DNA of 50,074 nt, filler included, from Perkinsus olseni (taxonomy: Eukaryota), in NCBI GenBank assembly GCA_013115125.1. It is 2 parts of 2 records of this genome, joined end to end, with 100 filler letters (N's around TTAATTAATTAA, not from the genome) between each part and the next. Parts side by side here need not be neighbours in the genome. Positions count along the whole stretch, not along the records: positions 1 to 24,998 come from JABANN010000501.1; positions 25,099 to 50,074 come from JABANN010000502.1. One strand, written 5' to 3'. Below, piece after piece: positions 14,491-26,102 of this stretch (within the stretch, counting starts at the first letter, position 1; each line of letters opens with the position of its first letter). The notes beneath the pieces are model-generated. The model worked only from the letters and a program-made list of their open reading frames with translations, was not told the DNA's origin and did no database searches. Both the position numbers and the translations under genes were made by a program.

Positions 14491-17280
14491 ATGCTGTATC
14501 CCTCACCTCCCCATCTCCCTTCTTATGATCCTATGTCTCGATTACAATTACTCCCACCTGCTGTGGGATTACGTTATGATAATACCAATAGTAGTGGTGT
14601 GCTAATAGGTAACCCTCATGATGCTCATAACCTATGATGTACAATTATCAGATCCTTTCGCATTCTCTACTACTACTACTACTACCACAACCACGAGTAC
14701 CGCAGCTGATCATAATGGTACTACCAGTCGCAGTAGTAATATTAGTGACGACGGAGGAAACTGAAGGATTATTGTATTGATATATACGCATAGATACTCA
14801 CGGGGCTGCAATCACGTCTGGTATTGATGATGATAACAACAGAGTGGCGATGATGGGGAAGCCAATGACATCATCATTAGATGATGAATGGGAGAGTAAA
14901 TACAAGATACTGAATAAACTATACTCGGATGCTGGCAATCATGAGGATATCGTTGCATTAGTTAGGTGAGGACACAGGCAGAGGAGGTCGGGGTGTCGCG
15001 ACTATTTCCTATTCAGGGACTTATCCAATGTTGATAAATATGGTATTAAAAAGCTACATAGTAAATGGTTAGATAGGGAATGGTGTGGTATGAATGTAAG
15101 ATATGGTAATGATTATAGATTATTAGATGGTATGAGGGAGATTATAGTAGAGAGTTTGATGGAGCTAAGCCAATGGGATGATGCTATTGATATTATTACA
15201 TTATCATTAAATGATAAAGATACACCATACTCGGTATTGACGCAGATGAATATCCACATCATGCATTGTTATGTACGCCAAGGGCAATGGGAAGCTGCAT
15301 ATCGTAGGCTCATTGCAACAACACAACAACAACAACAACACCAAGCTGTATCTGAGGGAGCAGGAGGAGGAGGGTATAATAATGTGGCTGGTAATGTGGA
15401 TGGTGGTAATGTGATGATAGGACATAAAGTTAGAGTCGATCTAGAGAAGTCCTTCGGATGGAACTGTCATATTGCTATATTACAATTCGAGAATCATCAT
15501 TATGCAGAAGCGCTTAAAGCCGCAGAAGCTGCTAAAAAGGCAATAACAACATTATCTACAGGAGGAGGAGGAGGAGGAGGAGGAGTAGAAGGATCTTCCA
15601 ATAATAATGATGATCATGTACCAGCATCATTACAGTAATAACTATATAGTTGATGGTGATGCTGATGCTAGTTGGCGTCGTTGTCGTTGTCGTCGTCGTA
15701 CTCGTCTTCGCCGCCGTTCCCAACCCTGTTTTTGTGTAGACCCTACCCAAGTAACCCTATTACTACTACTGACGAGCCATACTTCCAGAGGGTGTGGGTG
15801 AATGTTATTATAGCATGGTGCAGAGGTTTGGAGGTATCCTCATCCGCCAACTTTAATAAATTAAAATATGTTATGGAACATGAATGGCAAGATGTGGTTG
15901 ATCTCGATAAATACGCTACGGATGAGAATGCCGTGAACAGGATAACACATTTTGGTCGGATAAGGTAATAATAATAATAACAACAACAATAATAATAATA
16001 GTAATCATCATTACCATTCCTACCGTAACAACCCTCGTCGTCATCATTATTGGTGTAATTATTCAGGTTTTTACGATGGTTATGTAGTATCATCAGAAGT
16101 GTCGGTTGTAATGGAACATTCAAGGAAGATGAGGTTAAATGGTTGTATGATAAGTTAGACCATCTTTGTGAAGATATAAGAAAGGACACAAGGTAGTAAG
16201 TCTTCCCAAGGTCATCATCATCATGGTCGTTGCCGTTGTTGTTGCCGGTGTTGTTGTTGTTGTTAGAGTTGGTAGCTGTGCTAATGCTGGTATGATGTAT
16301 TCTAAAGATCTACAAGATGCGTCATTATTATTAAGTTTTGGTAGACAACAGGAATATAAACCATGGGAGTTGCAGATAGACGCAGATGAAGTTGGTAATG
16401 AAGCAAGATATGCCAATCATGCCGATGATCCGAATGCGGCATTAGTACTACGTCCACAGAGAGGTGGTGGTCCATTGACAAGATGGTTGGTGGCTACTAG
16501 AGATATATCACCAGGGGAGGAGGTAACTACACATTATGGGCCTGCTTATTGGGACATTATACGTACACAACAACACCAACACCGACCTAGTGATAGGGAT
16601 AAAGGGCGGAGGAATGGAGGGGGAGGAAGGAGGAGAAGGAGGAGAGCATCTATGGAAAAGCGTGATAACGACAAATTACGACAGAAAACGACATGCATGG
16701 ATGCACCGTCCAGGGCTCATGATGATGGTGGTGATGCTACTGTAATACATGGCACGACTACTGATGATGGTGAAAGTGCTTGGCATGACTATCATCATGA
16801 TGATGATGATGATGATTCACCTTCTTCTTCTTCCTCTTCCTCCTCATCGTGTTCGTCATCATGCTCTACACTTTATTCGTTGGATACTGATTGGGGTTCA
16901 TGGCCGTCTATTAGTGATCATGACGACGACGACGACGACGACGACACTAAGGATGACGCTACTCATCATGATATAACACTATTATCACCACCTCCACCAC
17001 CATTGAGTGATGGTAATATATCCTTACCATATCCAGCATATACTGGTGCCCCTCCTGATGATGGTTTTGAGAATGATACTGGTGGAGAGCAGCATGGTGG
17101 CGAAGGAGCAGGACATGGTGAGCAAGCTACCGCTCCTACATTTGGACGTAAAAAGAGGAGGAGGAGGAGGACGAGGAGGACGAGGAGACATTGTGAATAT
17201 TACAATGGTGTCATGGTTATGCCCCATGACAGGGAGCTGCCTGCACATGAACTATTGCAATATTACTGTAGGGATAATAA

Positions 17281-17348
<68 letters not shown>

Positions 17349-18343
17349 CCACTCCATCAGTAATTCATTATAGTAGAATAAGGGATCCAATGCTGAGGGT
17401 GCTTAAATGTGACAAGAAGCATCCAGCCTATCCTGGTAGGATGCTCATCGCGTTGTATCCCTTCCCTAAGGGAACAACAATATGTATTTATGGTGGTATT
17501 ATGAGGAGGTATGCTGATAAGATTATGGATGTATTAAACCCATCACACTACATCATATCAGTGAGAGGGGCACCAACATACAGCTCCTTTGGGTTGGAGA
17601 TTGATGATGATACATTGCAATTCAAACCCATACAGAAGGAGTACCCAAGCTTTGCACCATTCAGCCATGCACGCCGGGTACTCGGTAATGAACAGCAGCA
17701 GCAGCAATCTTGTAATAATAATAATGACGTTGGTACAGGGACTACTACTACTACGACCTGTCTATCATCTATCAAGGATATTAAAGGGTTAGGGCCGGAG
17801 ATAACTAAATTACTACTACATAGGTTATCACAACCAGCATGGCATCCAACTATACAGGATCTCAAGTCCAAGCTCACCTTCCCTGGAGGGGTACCAGGAG
17901 TAGGAGGAGGAAGGCCTACTACTACTCTTCCTAATAAAAGCAGTATCAGGGCAAAGAATTTATTAATGGCTATGAAGTACCTCGGACCTACTCAGAAACC
18001 ATCGATATTATTCAAGGGTATGTTCATACCTCCTCCACCTCCTTTAGTATTATCAAATAAACAACAACAAGAAGACCATAATGATGAAGAGGGCTGCAGT
18101 GTAGTCCTGAGAGGGCCGCGTGGCCCCGGCAGTAGTATTATATTATCATGCGCTGCTGGTGGTACTCAACAACAACGATTTACGTCACGTGAGAGGTTAT
18201 ACATGCTGGCCAGGGGTAAGGCATTATTGACTCGTATTATCATATTATTACACGAGAGACAACAACAAGAACATGGGAAGCAGGCTCATCATCATCATCA
18301 TACTACTACGACCGCTGCTGCTGGTGATGGTAGTTATCGGTGA
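14491..18343 (+). CDS. TPR-like helical region + SET-domain segments + helix-hairpin-helix protein, about 7 exons
   Basis: In-phase splicing joins helical exons (LMELSQWDDAIDII, CYVRQGQWEAA, HHYAEALKAAEAA) to a last exon with IDADEVGNEARYANH..PN and ATRDISPGEEVTTHYG..YW, then HPAYPGRMLIALYPFPKGTTICIYGG and IKGLGPE. Confidence 0.8.
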
Positions 18344-18763
18344 TTCATCAACAGGTGGCGAGGGCAGAGCAGCTGGTATTATTGTTGTTAGGATTACCTT
18401 TGATGTCTCATAGTGCTGTTGGTAAGCCGTATAATAGTAGTTGTAGGAGTATGCATTGTACCATCATCATCATCATTACATGGATTACCAACATCATCAC
18501 TTGAGTGCTTATTGTGTTGTAATAATCACCAGCCCTTTTCATATAATCATCACCACCACTTATAGGAGGATGATGATGGTGATGGTGATGATCATGGTGA
18601 GTCTGTCCCCTGCTGGGTTACCACATTGCGGAGCTTTTATATGCGATGAAAGCGATACCGGGGACAGTCGGGAAATTCCCGTTTCAGGTTGTTGTCCCTA
18701 TAGGACTGCCACCGCCCTCATTGCTCGTCAGCGTACATTGCTGATTACCTCAGCTGTTTGATT

Positions 18764-20513
18764 ATGTTATACCAACCCAAGTTCCTTCAACCCTCCACCC
18801 TCCGAGGATCTCTACATCACAACGAAGTGGCCTCCTCCTCCTCCTCTCCCTTCTATTCGCCTTCCTCTTCCCCCATAATCACCACCATCAGTCAACGTCT
18901 TATATGCCTCATTGGTATATCCACTATCCTTGGTGTACTACTGAGAGGGAGGAGGAGGGTGAGGAGGAGGAGGGTGAGGAGAACAGCAGCATCAGCATCA
19001 GCATCAGCAGCAGCAGCAGCAGCAGCAGCAGCCAAGACCTCCCATCACATTCATGAAGGGATGATGACGGAGAGGAGGGGGGACACATCATCACCAAAAC
19101 CATTCTCTGTCATTTTATTATCAGGAGGTAAGGGTACACGTATGATGGATAAGACTACTACTACTAATAATAACAAAGTACTACCCAAACAGTACATACC
19201 GTTATGGGATGGTAGATCATCGGCGATAAGGTAGTAAAGAATCTATCATTGTGGTCGATGGTCGTCGAGATCATGACAATAATGATACTAGCGCATCATC
19301 ATCATCATTATTGTAGTCATTTATGTAGGGCCTTTGATACCTTCATTAGTCATCCTCTTACAAGGCAGATAGTAATAGTTTGTGCCCAAGAGGTGATAAC
19401 AGCAAGACCAACAAGCATGATGTTTCATACCCCTTATTGCCATCATTCAGTTTGAGCCGATCTTTCGAGACCATATTAACGCCAAGTACGGTGATAAATG
19501 CGTACATGATCAACAACAAGGGCACTTGGGAGGGCGTGCTGGCCATGATGATGATGAGGCTGCTGCTGCTGCTGATCATCATATGATAGAGTTGATAATA
19601 CCCTATATATCTGATACGTCAAACCACCACGGAACCAACGAAGAGGAGGAGGAGCCTCCTATGTTGAGGATGTGAGTGCTGCTGCTGCTGCTGCTGATGA
19701 TGATGGATGGTGCTACTATCTGGTAGTGGGAAGCTTGCTGCTTTCAGTGATGGAAAATACAAGGATATACCAAAGAGAATAGTTAGAATAGGGTTCGCTC
19801 GTCCTGGGCCAGAAAGACAGGACTCAGTACGGAATGGTATCAATGCACTACGTTATGTTATACCGAGGTAATAGGAGGATGAGGAGGAGGAGGAGGAGGA
19901 GGAGGAGGAGGTCGTACTATCACGTTACTGTTAGTTCATCAATATGCATACACGATGCGGCGAGGCCATTGATAACAAGAGAAGCGATAACACGTACAGC
20001 GCTGGAGGCATCGAGAGCAGGAGGAGGAGGAGGAGGAGGAGGACGAGGAGGAGCAGCGGTATTGGCGGTGAAGGCCAAGGCTACTATTAAGAAGATAATA
20101 ACGAAGGGTAAAGATAGTGGTGGTAACGAAGGGTTATCATCGATGAATGATGAGAGTAGGATGATGATAGTAGAATCAACACCCGATAGGAATACTATGT
20201 GGGAGGCACAGACGCCACAGGTAACAATGCTACCATCCCTTCACTCCCCATCATCATGAACATTACCATTCAGATATTACCCTATGGTGTGTTGAATGAT
20301 GGGTTGGATATTATCACCCAGTCATCATCATCATCAGCACCCATTGAAGTGACTGATGATGTATCATTGGTAGAGATATTACACAGTAGAGGCTTGTACG
20401 AGGATATTAATGTCGCCGCGGCCGAGGGGGACTATGATAATATCAAGCTTACTACGCCTCAGGATCTAGTATTCTGTAATAGCCATATTCAACAACAAGA
20501 GGAGAGCAGATAA
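18764..20513 (+). CDS. ispD: 2-C-methyl-D-erythritol 4-phosphate cytidylyltransferase (MEP pathway), 6 exons, with an N-terminal extension
   Basis: VILLSGGKGTRM, LPKQY, FARPGPERQDSVRNG, ICIHDAARPL, KATIK, WEAQTPQ, VTDDVSLVE and GDYDNIKLTTPQDL occur in the canonical order. Confidence 0.93.
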
Positions 20514-20717
20514 TGGTAGTAGTAGTAGTAGTACAACCACGATACTTCCTTCTCCTCCTCCTCCTCCCTTCCCCCCTGCCGCTGTTGATGCTTGGCTATT
20601 AGTTTCTAGTTCCCCTTCGTGTGTTGTTCATCATCAATCGGTTATTACTCGCCACTTGATTATTATCATAATAAGTGCTGCAGACAAATCCAAACTCGAA
20701 TAGCTAATAATTCTACT

Positions 20718-21740
20718 ATGACCACTGAGACAACTCAACAGCATCAATCTACTTCGTCAACATCATCATCATCTGTATCACGTTTTACTATCATTGGAGA
20801 GGAGCCTCCAGAAACCTACTTCCTCCGGAGTATCATATCTAAAGGTGCTCATAACAATTTATTCGGGAGATTCAAACATCGCCATAGGAGAGGAGTAGTG
20901 CAATACAGCTGCTGCTGCTGCTGCTGCTCTATGCAATACTCGTCATGCCGCTGCTGCTCTTTTCATTAGATTACAACACCAACAACGGGAGGTGCATGGG
21001 AATCCATCGCATATTCACCGAATCTGTTGGGCCCAATGGTTACCACCACGTATTACAAGACGGCCACAACAAGAACACCTTCATTACCCTCCACAACGGT
21101 TACTGAGAACGGGAGGAGTTCATTACAGCAAACACAGAAGAGTAGCGTTACAGCTACACGAAGGAGTGCGCGGTTGAGTAGAGAGGGAAGGTATAGGAAG
21201 GCAGCTGCAGCCGCAGCAGCAGCAGAAGCCGTGGAGGAGATGAGTAGAACCTCCGTGAGGCACGCGGCAGCATTGGACCGGGTGGCGATCACACGAAGTG
21301 TTCGAATTAAAGAAGAGTGTGATGATGAAAGGAGCTGCTACTCCGATGGGATGAAGAAGACGAGTGTTGAGTGCAGAGGAGAGGCAGTGAGCGTCGTTGA
21401 TCGAGTACTCCAGGATCTTAGAGGGGACATCATGCGGAAGTGTAGAGAGGGCAGTTCATCACCCTCCAGTGAAGAAAACAACAGTGCTGACAAGAGTCGC
21501 GTGGGGAGTGAGGAGAAGAAGAGTTATGAAAAAGGTAGACGAGGGATGAAGAGGAGAAGAACGGAAGTGAAGGAAGAGGAGGAGTTACCGAAGAGGATGA
21601 CCAGAAATAACAGACAAGGGGATCTGAAGGGACGTTTACCCTTCATACCTACTCCAATGAGAAATGATGCCGATGCTCCAAAATGGTTGAAGGAATTACA
21701 AAAAACAACAGATTGGTATTGTGATGAAGTAGAGTGTTGA
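20718..21740 (+). CDS. Hypothetical charged protein, 2 exons
   Basis: MTTETTQ exon, phase-0 intron at about 20895-20969, then a K/R/E-rich exon ending WYCDEVEC. Confidence 0.55.
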
Positions 21741-21986
21741 TTCTAATTAAACCACCACCACCTCACAGTATCTTTGGGGTTTATTTATGTAACTTGTGTT
21801 ATTAGTATGGAGGAGCCTCCCCTACTAAACAACTCAAAAATGACTCAATTCACTCTTGTGAAATGAATTACTCCTGATGACCGTAAACATGGCGGTCAGC
21901 AATAATTATTGCAGTGGGACCGGTAGCAGCGGATGATGATACAATCACGACGATGATAACCATTATACAGAAGCAATGTAACATGC

Positions 21987-23524
21987 TCAAGATGAGGCCC
22001 TACTCCTCCTCCTGCCGCTACTGCTGCTGCTGATTGATGACCGACGACGTCTCATATGAAGGGATCTACGACGTGTTGTTTGGTTGGTGTCTGCTCCTGA
22101 CGTACTACGACGTGCCAAGCATAAAGCTGAAGAATGATGACTGGATGTCGAGGGATGGTGTCTTCTTCTATGAAGGATATTATTACACCAACCATCATGT
22201 TCTGGATCACTCTGACAACATAAAGAGTTCATAACCTCATCTAGATCAGCGCACTCATCATCAAAAGTATCCACCTAACCAGACGAATGATAACACCAGC
22301 TCTCCTTCTTTAACGGCTTACCTCACAGTCAGAGAGTGAACCACCAGCAGATGATATGCTACTCCTGCGTGATGCTACGCTGCTTCGACGACGAAGACGA
22401 TGGCCACCTATGGTACGATGAAGAACGGATCACAACTGCTGTTATGACTATTAAAGTTGGGGGCCTTTTTGATGATTCTCTTCCATTGACGATCATTCTC
22501 GGTAAATGGGCTGTACTGCATGTCATGTAGGGGATGATTCTCTTCACCAAGATAAGGAGGGCACGCATCAAAATCGTTCGTCCATCGGCGTAGTAACTGA
22601 AATGATGCTGCTAGTCATGTACTATTCATATGAGATAATAAAGACACCTCTTTAGGTGAGGACATCTCCATAGCAACAGCGAGCGGGGTCTCATATCCCC
22701 CAATAGATTTACGGGGTGATGATGACGCTGATGATGATAGTGTCTTACCGATACTTCGACGCCGGCCGCCGCCGCCGCCGCTGCTACGGGAATGCTGATT
22801 GATACAAAAGTAATCAATCAAACGGGTATGATACTGTGCGATCATCACATTATTATTGGAGGGTAGTGATGAGCTGATATCCTCTCCCTTTCCGTACTCG
22901 GTTGTGTCTTCGATGCGTCTTTGAACGGCCCTCCCTGGCACGTGCATAAGTGAAGTGCTACTTGAAGATGTATATTACTGCGTGTTGGTGGTGGTGGTGG
23001 TGGTGGGAGTATGCTGGAAACTTCTCTTCCAACCTTAGCAACCTCATCTTCGAATCTGCTAAGCAATGTGCGCAGTAGTCTTCATCGACTCACTTGTATT
23101 GTTGTCGTGGTATCATTGTTGGGGACGCGTCAACGGATGGTCCCCTGTGTTGGCCAGAATCCTCTGTGGCTTGCTGCTGTTGCTTCACCCATCGACCTCC
23201 GCCAGTAAGACTCCATTTAACATGCTTGGCGAAGAATCGAGTAGCATGCTTTCGCCTCTGCTGCTCTTCTTCATAATTATTATTATCATACAATGTATCG
23301 ACCATCTTCACTGCTGGACACTGATGAAGCTGTCGCTGCGGTTGTTTAGGGATGGACGGGTTAAAAGATGAACGAGTGCTGCTTGTTGTCTCATCATCAT
23401 CATCCATCATCATTATCGAAGGGTTTATTCTATCACTTTCCTCTTCATTAGTATCGGCAACACTGTGATGATGAATGACGGGATGGGTGGTAACGGCAGC
23501 AGCAGCAGCATCAGCGACATCCAT
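21987..23524 (-). CDS. Hypothetical low-complexity protein, multi-exon
   Basis: Minus-strand ORFs 23090-23524, 22845-23066 and 21987-22274 with GT-AG sites between them. No family recognised. Confidence 0.45.
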
Positions 23525-23762
23525 ACTGAGAGTAGTAGTGATGAATAAAACTGATGATGATGAGAACGGTGATGAACATCATCCGAGCGGGGCCCCATCA
23601 TCATCATCATCATCATCCAACGGAATGAGAGAATTGGCTCAAACTCAATGAGGTGAGAGGTTGACAGTGAATTATGGTGATTATGGTAATGATGATGAAC
23701 AATTTTATTACTGCTACTATTAATACTACTAGAAATGGTAATGTTGCTGCTATTCAGTATTA

Positions 23763-24151
23763 TCATCGTGCGTTGTTTCGGGAGTGAGTGTTGGGATAAT
23801 AATCTCGTAATAGAGCGTCCACTTTTTCTACGGGAAATCGCCTTGTTAATAGTATCTAACATCAAGATGACGGATAATATACTCAAACATAAACTCAAAC
23901 GTCCATTCTCACTTTTCTAATCTCGTCCCTGGATAATCGAAACGATGGTGATGATGATGCTACCGACTGTTGTTGTTGTTGCTGCTTGGTATCATAGTCG
24001 TTCATAGTTGTACCACCACTTGCATATATATCATGAAATTCATCTAATAATTCTAGGCTTAGTAATGTACACATGTCCAACAGTCGGGTAAATTTACGAC
24101 GTATGGGTAACTGAAGATGATAATGTACACCCCGCTACCCTTTGCTACAGC

Positions 24152-24192
<41 letters not shown>

Positions 24193-24904
24193 TCGTCAGG
24201 CGATTGCTGTTGTTGACATGATGCTATTATTACATCCGATACTGATGTGAAATAGTTGAGAAGGCGCCTAACATCCTGATCGAACTGGATAGCTCCGAGA
24301 ATTGAGAAAAAACGTATCTGATAATGATGGTGATGGTTATGATACTCGACTTTTGTAGAAGGACCGGAGCTCGGCACACATTCCCCGGGTTCGAACCCGA
24401 GTTTCCAATAGAACCAGTATACGCCCCACCAGTTCAATCAACATAGTCTTCGCGTTCAAAGATTTTGAACGAGCAGACGCGTGAAAAAGCCCACAACTGA
24501 CAATATTCACTCCGGCCGATCCGCAGTTGTTGGAGTTAGATGGCATCACGGACACCCTCGAAATGAGAGGCTACTCCTTATTACTCCCGGTTGTTGTTGT
24601 TGATGATGAGGAGGTGATGGGGATGATGATAAGAGGAACCTCTCCATACGAGTAGTGAGCTGATCTACTAACAGACCAAGCATGATATTGATACACGATA
24701 GAGGTAAAACTAATCTCAAGAATCGTAATACCTGAGGGAGTACTGTAACATGAGAGCTCATCTTAGTAATATTATTACAATATCCGTCTCGTTGATGAAG
24801 TGTTGAGCGAATGGGTCATTGATTTGATAATCGTTGTATTCATCCTCATCGATATCATAATTAATATCATCTAATCCAGCCAGTGCGGGGCTTAGATATT
24901 GTAC
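23763..24904 (-). CDS. COG4: Conserved oligomeric Golgi complex subunit 4, 3' part (5' end lost at the contig end)
   Basis: INYDIDEDEYNDYQINDPFAQHF, FSILGAIQFDQDVRRL, IRRKFTRL, LLSLE..DE and FRLSRDEIRK|ILL match the COG4 C-terminal domain pattern. Confidence 0.85.
24318..24584 (-). ncRNA. Candidate structured intronic RNA within COG4
   Basis: Unusually long, almost repeat-free intron with several stems whose G-U pairs form on the pre-mRNA strand. Family not identified. Confidence 0.45.
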
Positions 24905-24927
24905 CTTACGAGTACAATACAGTCATG

Positions 24928-24997
<70 letters not shown>

Positions 24998-24998
24998 C
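24928..24998. repeat. (CAA)n microsatellite at the contig end
   Basis: Pure CAA run leading into the N gap. Confidence 0.97.
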
Positions 24999-25098
24999 NN
25001 NNNNNNNNNNNNNNNNNNNNNNNNNNNNNNNNNNNNNNNNNNTTAATTAATTAANNNNNNNNNNNNNNNNNNNNNNNNNNNNNNNNNNNNNNNNNNNN
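24999..25098. other. Artificial contig-joining spacer
   Basis: 44 N + TTAATTAATTAA (stops in all six frames) + 44 N, exactly 100 nt. Composition changes abruptly across it. Confidence 0.97.
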
Positions 25099-26102
25099 AT
25101 ATTCTCCATCAGCTCCCCAAGGGAACTCACAGTGAGCGCTTCGACACGTTCCATACTCCGAGAGTCATCGCTTCCTTGTACGGATCATCAAACCAACCGA
25201 AAAGATACCTGAAAAGCACGTCAGAGGCGACGCGACAGGAAAGACGACAACACCTACCACATCAAGCTGGGATAGAAAGCCACTTGGAAGGGCAACATAC
25301 GATGGTAGACCTGCCTCCAACCCCACCTGACAAGGGCTCGTACACGGGGCAATGCGTGGATGATACTAAGATACTTCTTTCTGGCGGCAAACTGCTCCGT
25401 CATTCCCCACAATCTGTGGTAAACCGCGAGTGGCATTGGTGTTGTTCACCTAGCTTGCTGCCTTCGAGACGACTTCGCCGACGAGACGAAGATGTAAAAT
25501 AGTAACAAGCTACACGTGTAAGCTACATAATTACATGCTCGGAGGGATTCATGGTGACCATGCATGCAGAGTGCGCGGTTGTGCCATTCTCGCTCGCCCT
25601 GAGGGGCGCAAGATACGTTCGAGTACGGTTGGAGTTCCGCTGGTTCCACGTCCCCGCCGCCGAGTCGATTCATCGCACAGGATGGTACAGTAGGTGTTGC
25701 GACTAGGTCACCTGGCTTGCTGCGATGCTCTGTAGGGACGTAGCCCTACGGACTTAGAGTGTAGAGTACAGTGTAGCTGGCCCCAGCAATGCAAACAGGA
25801 GTATCGCAGCAGTTTACACTTGGAACTGCCAAGTTGAGAACGTATGCGCGGAACGACCTACCAATCTGCTACTTCTGATGCCCCTGAGAATAAGTTGACA
25901 AGGTAACCAGTTTACCTTATACACGGCCTCTTTACTTAATAAGTTGAATACGGTAACTCTTGAATTTGTTCTGGACTCCACTCAGTTTAGCGTGAACTGA
26001 TTAGAGTCTAGAACACAGCTCAACAACAGGGAACCGACAGCTCGTCATTGACGAAACAGCTTTGCCTCTCCGCAGTCTCGGAGTTCCCCTTCATAAACGT
26101 TA

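Noticed and set aside
22034-22234. Plus-strand 66-aa ORF
   Set aside because: It is preceded directly by a stop and overlaps the last exon of a minus-strand gene with clear splice sites.
24340-24410. RNase P CR-I/CR-V-like motifs, or a tRNA, in the COG4 intron
   Set aside because: The motifs are only about 55 nt apart, leaving no room for the S-domain. The T-like loop has 6 nt and no acceptor stem forms.
5490-24437. Many short poly-Leu/Val/Met/Ile/Cys ORFs
   Set aside because: They are alternative-frame or antisense readings of triplet repeats.
25043-25054. TTAATTAATTAA palindrome and the sharp compositional boundary
   Set aside because: It sits in a symmetric N-padded 100-nt linker, so it is an assembly artefact and adjacency of the two halves is not biological evidence.
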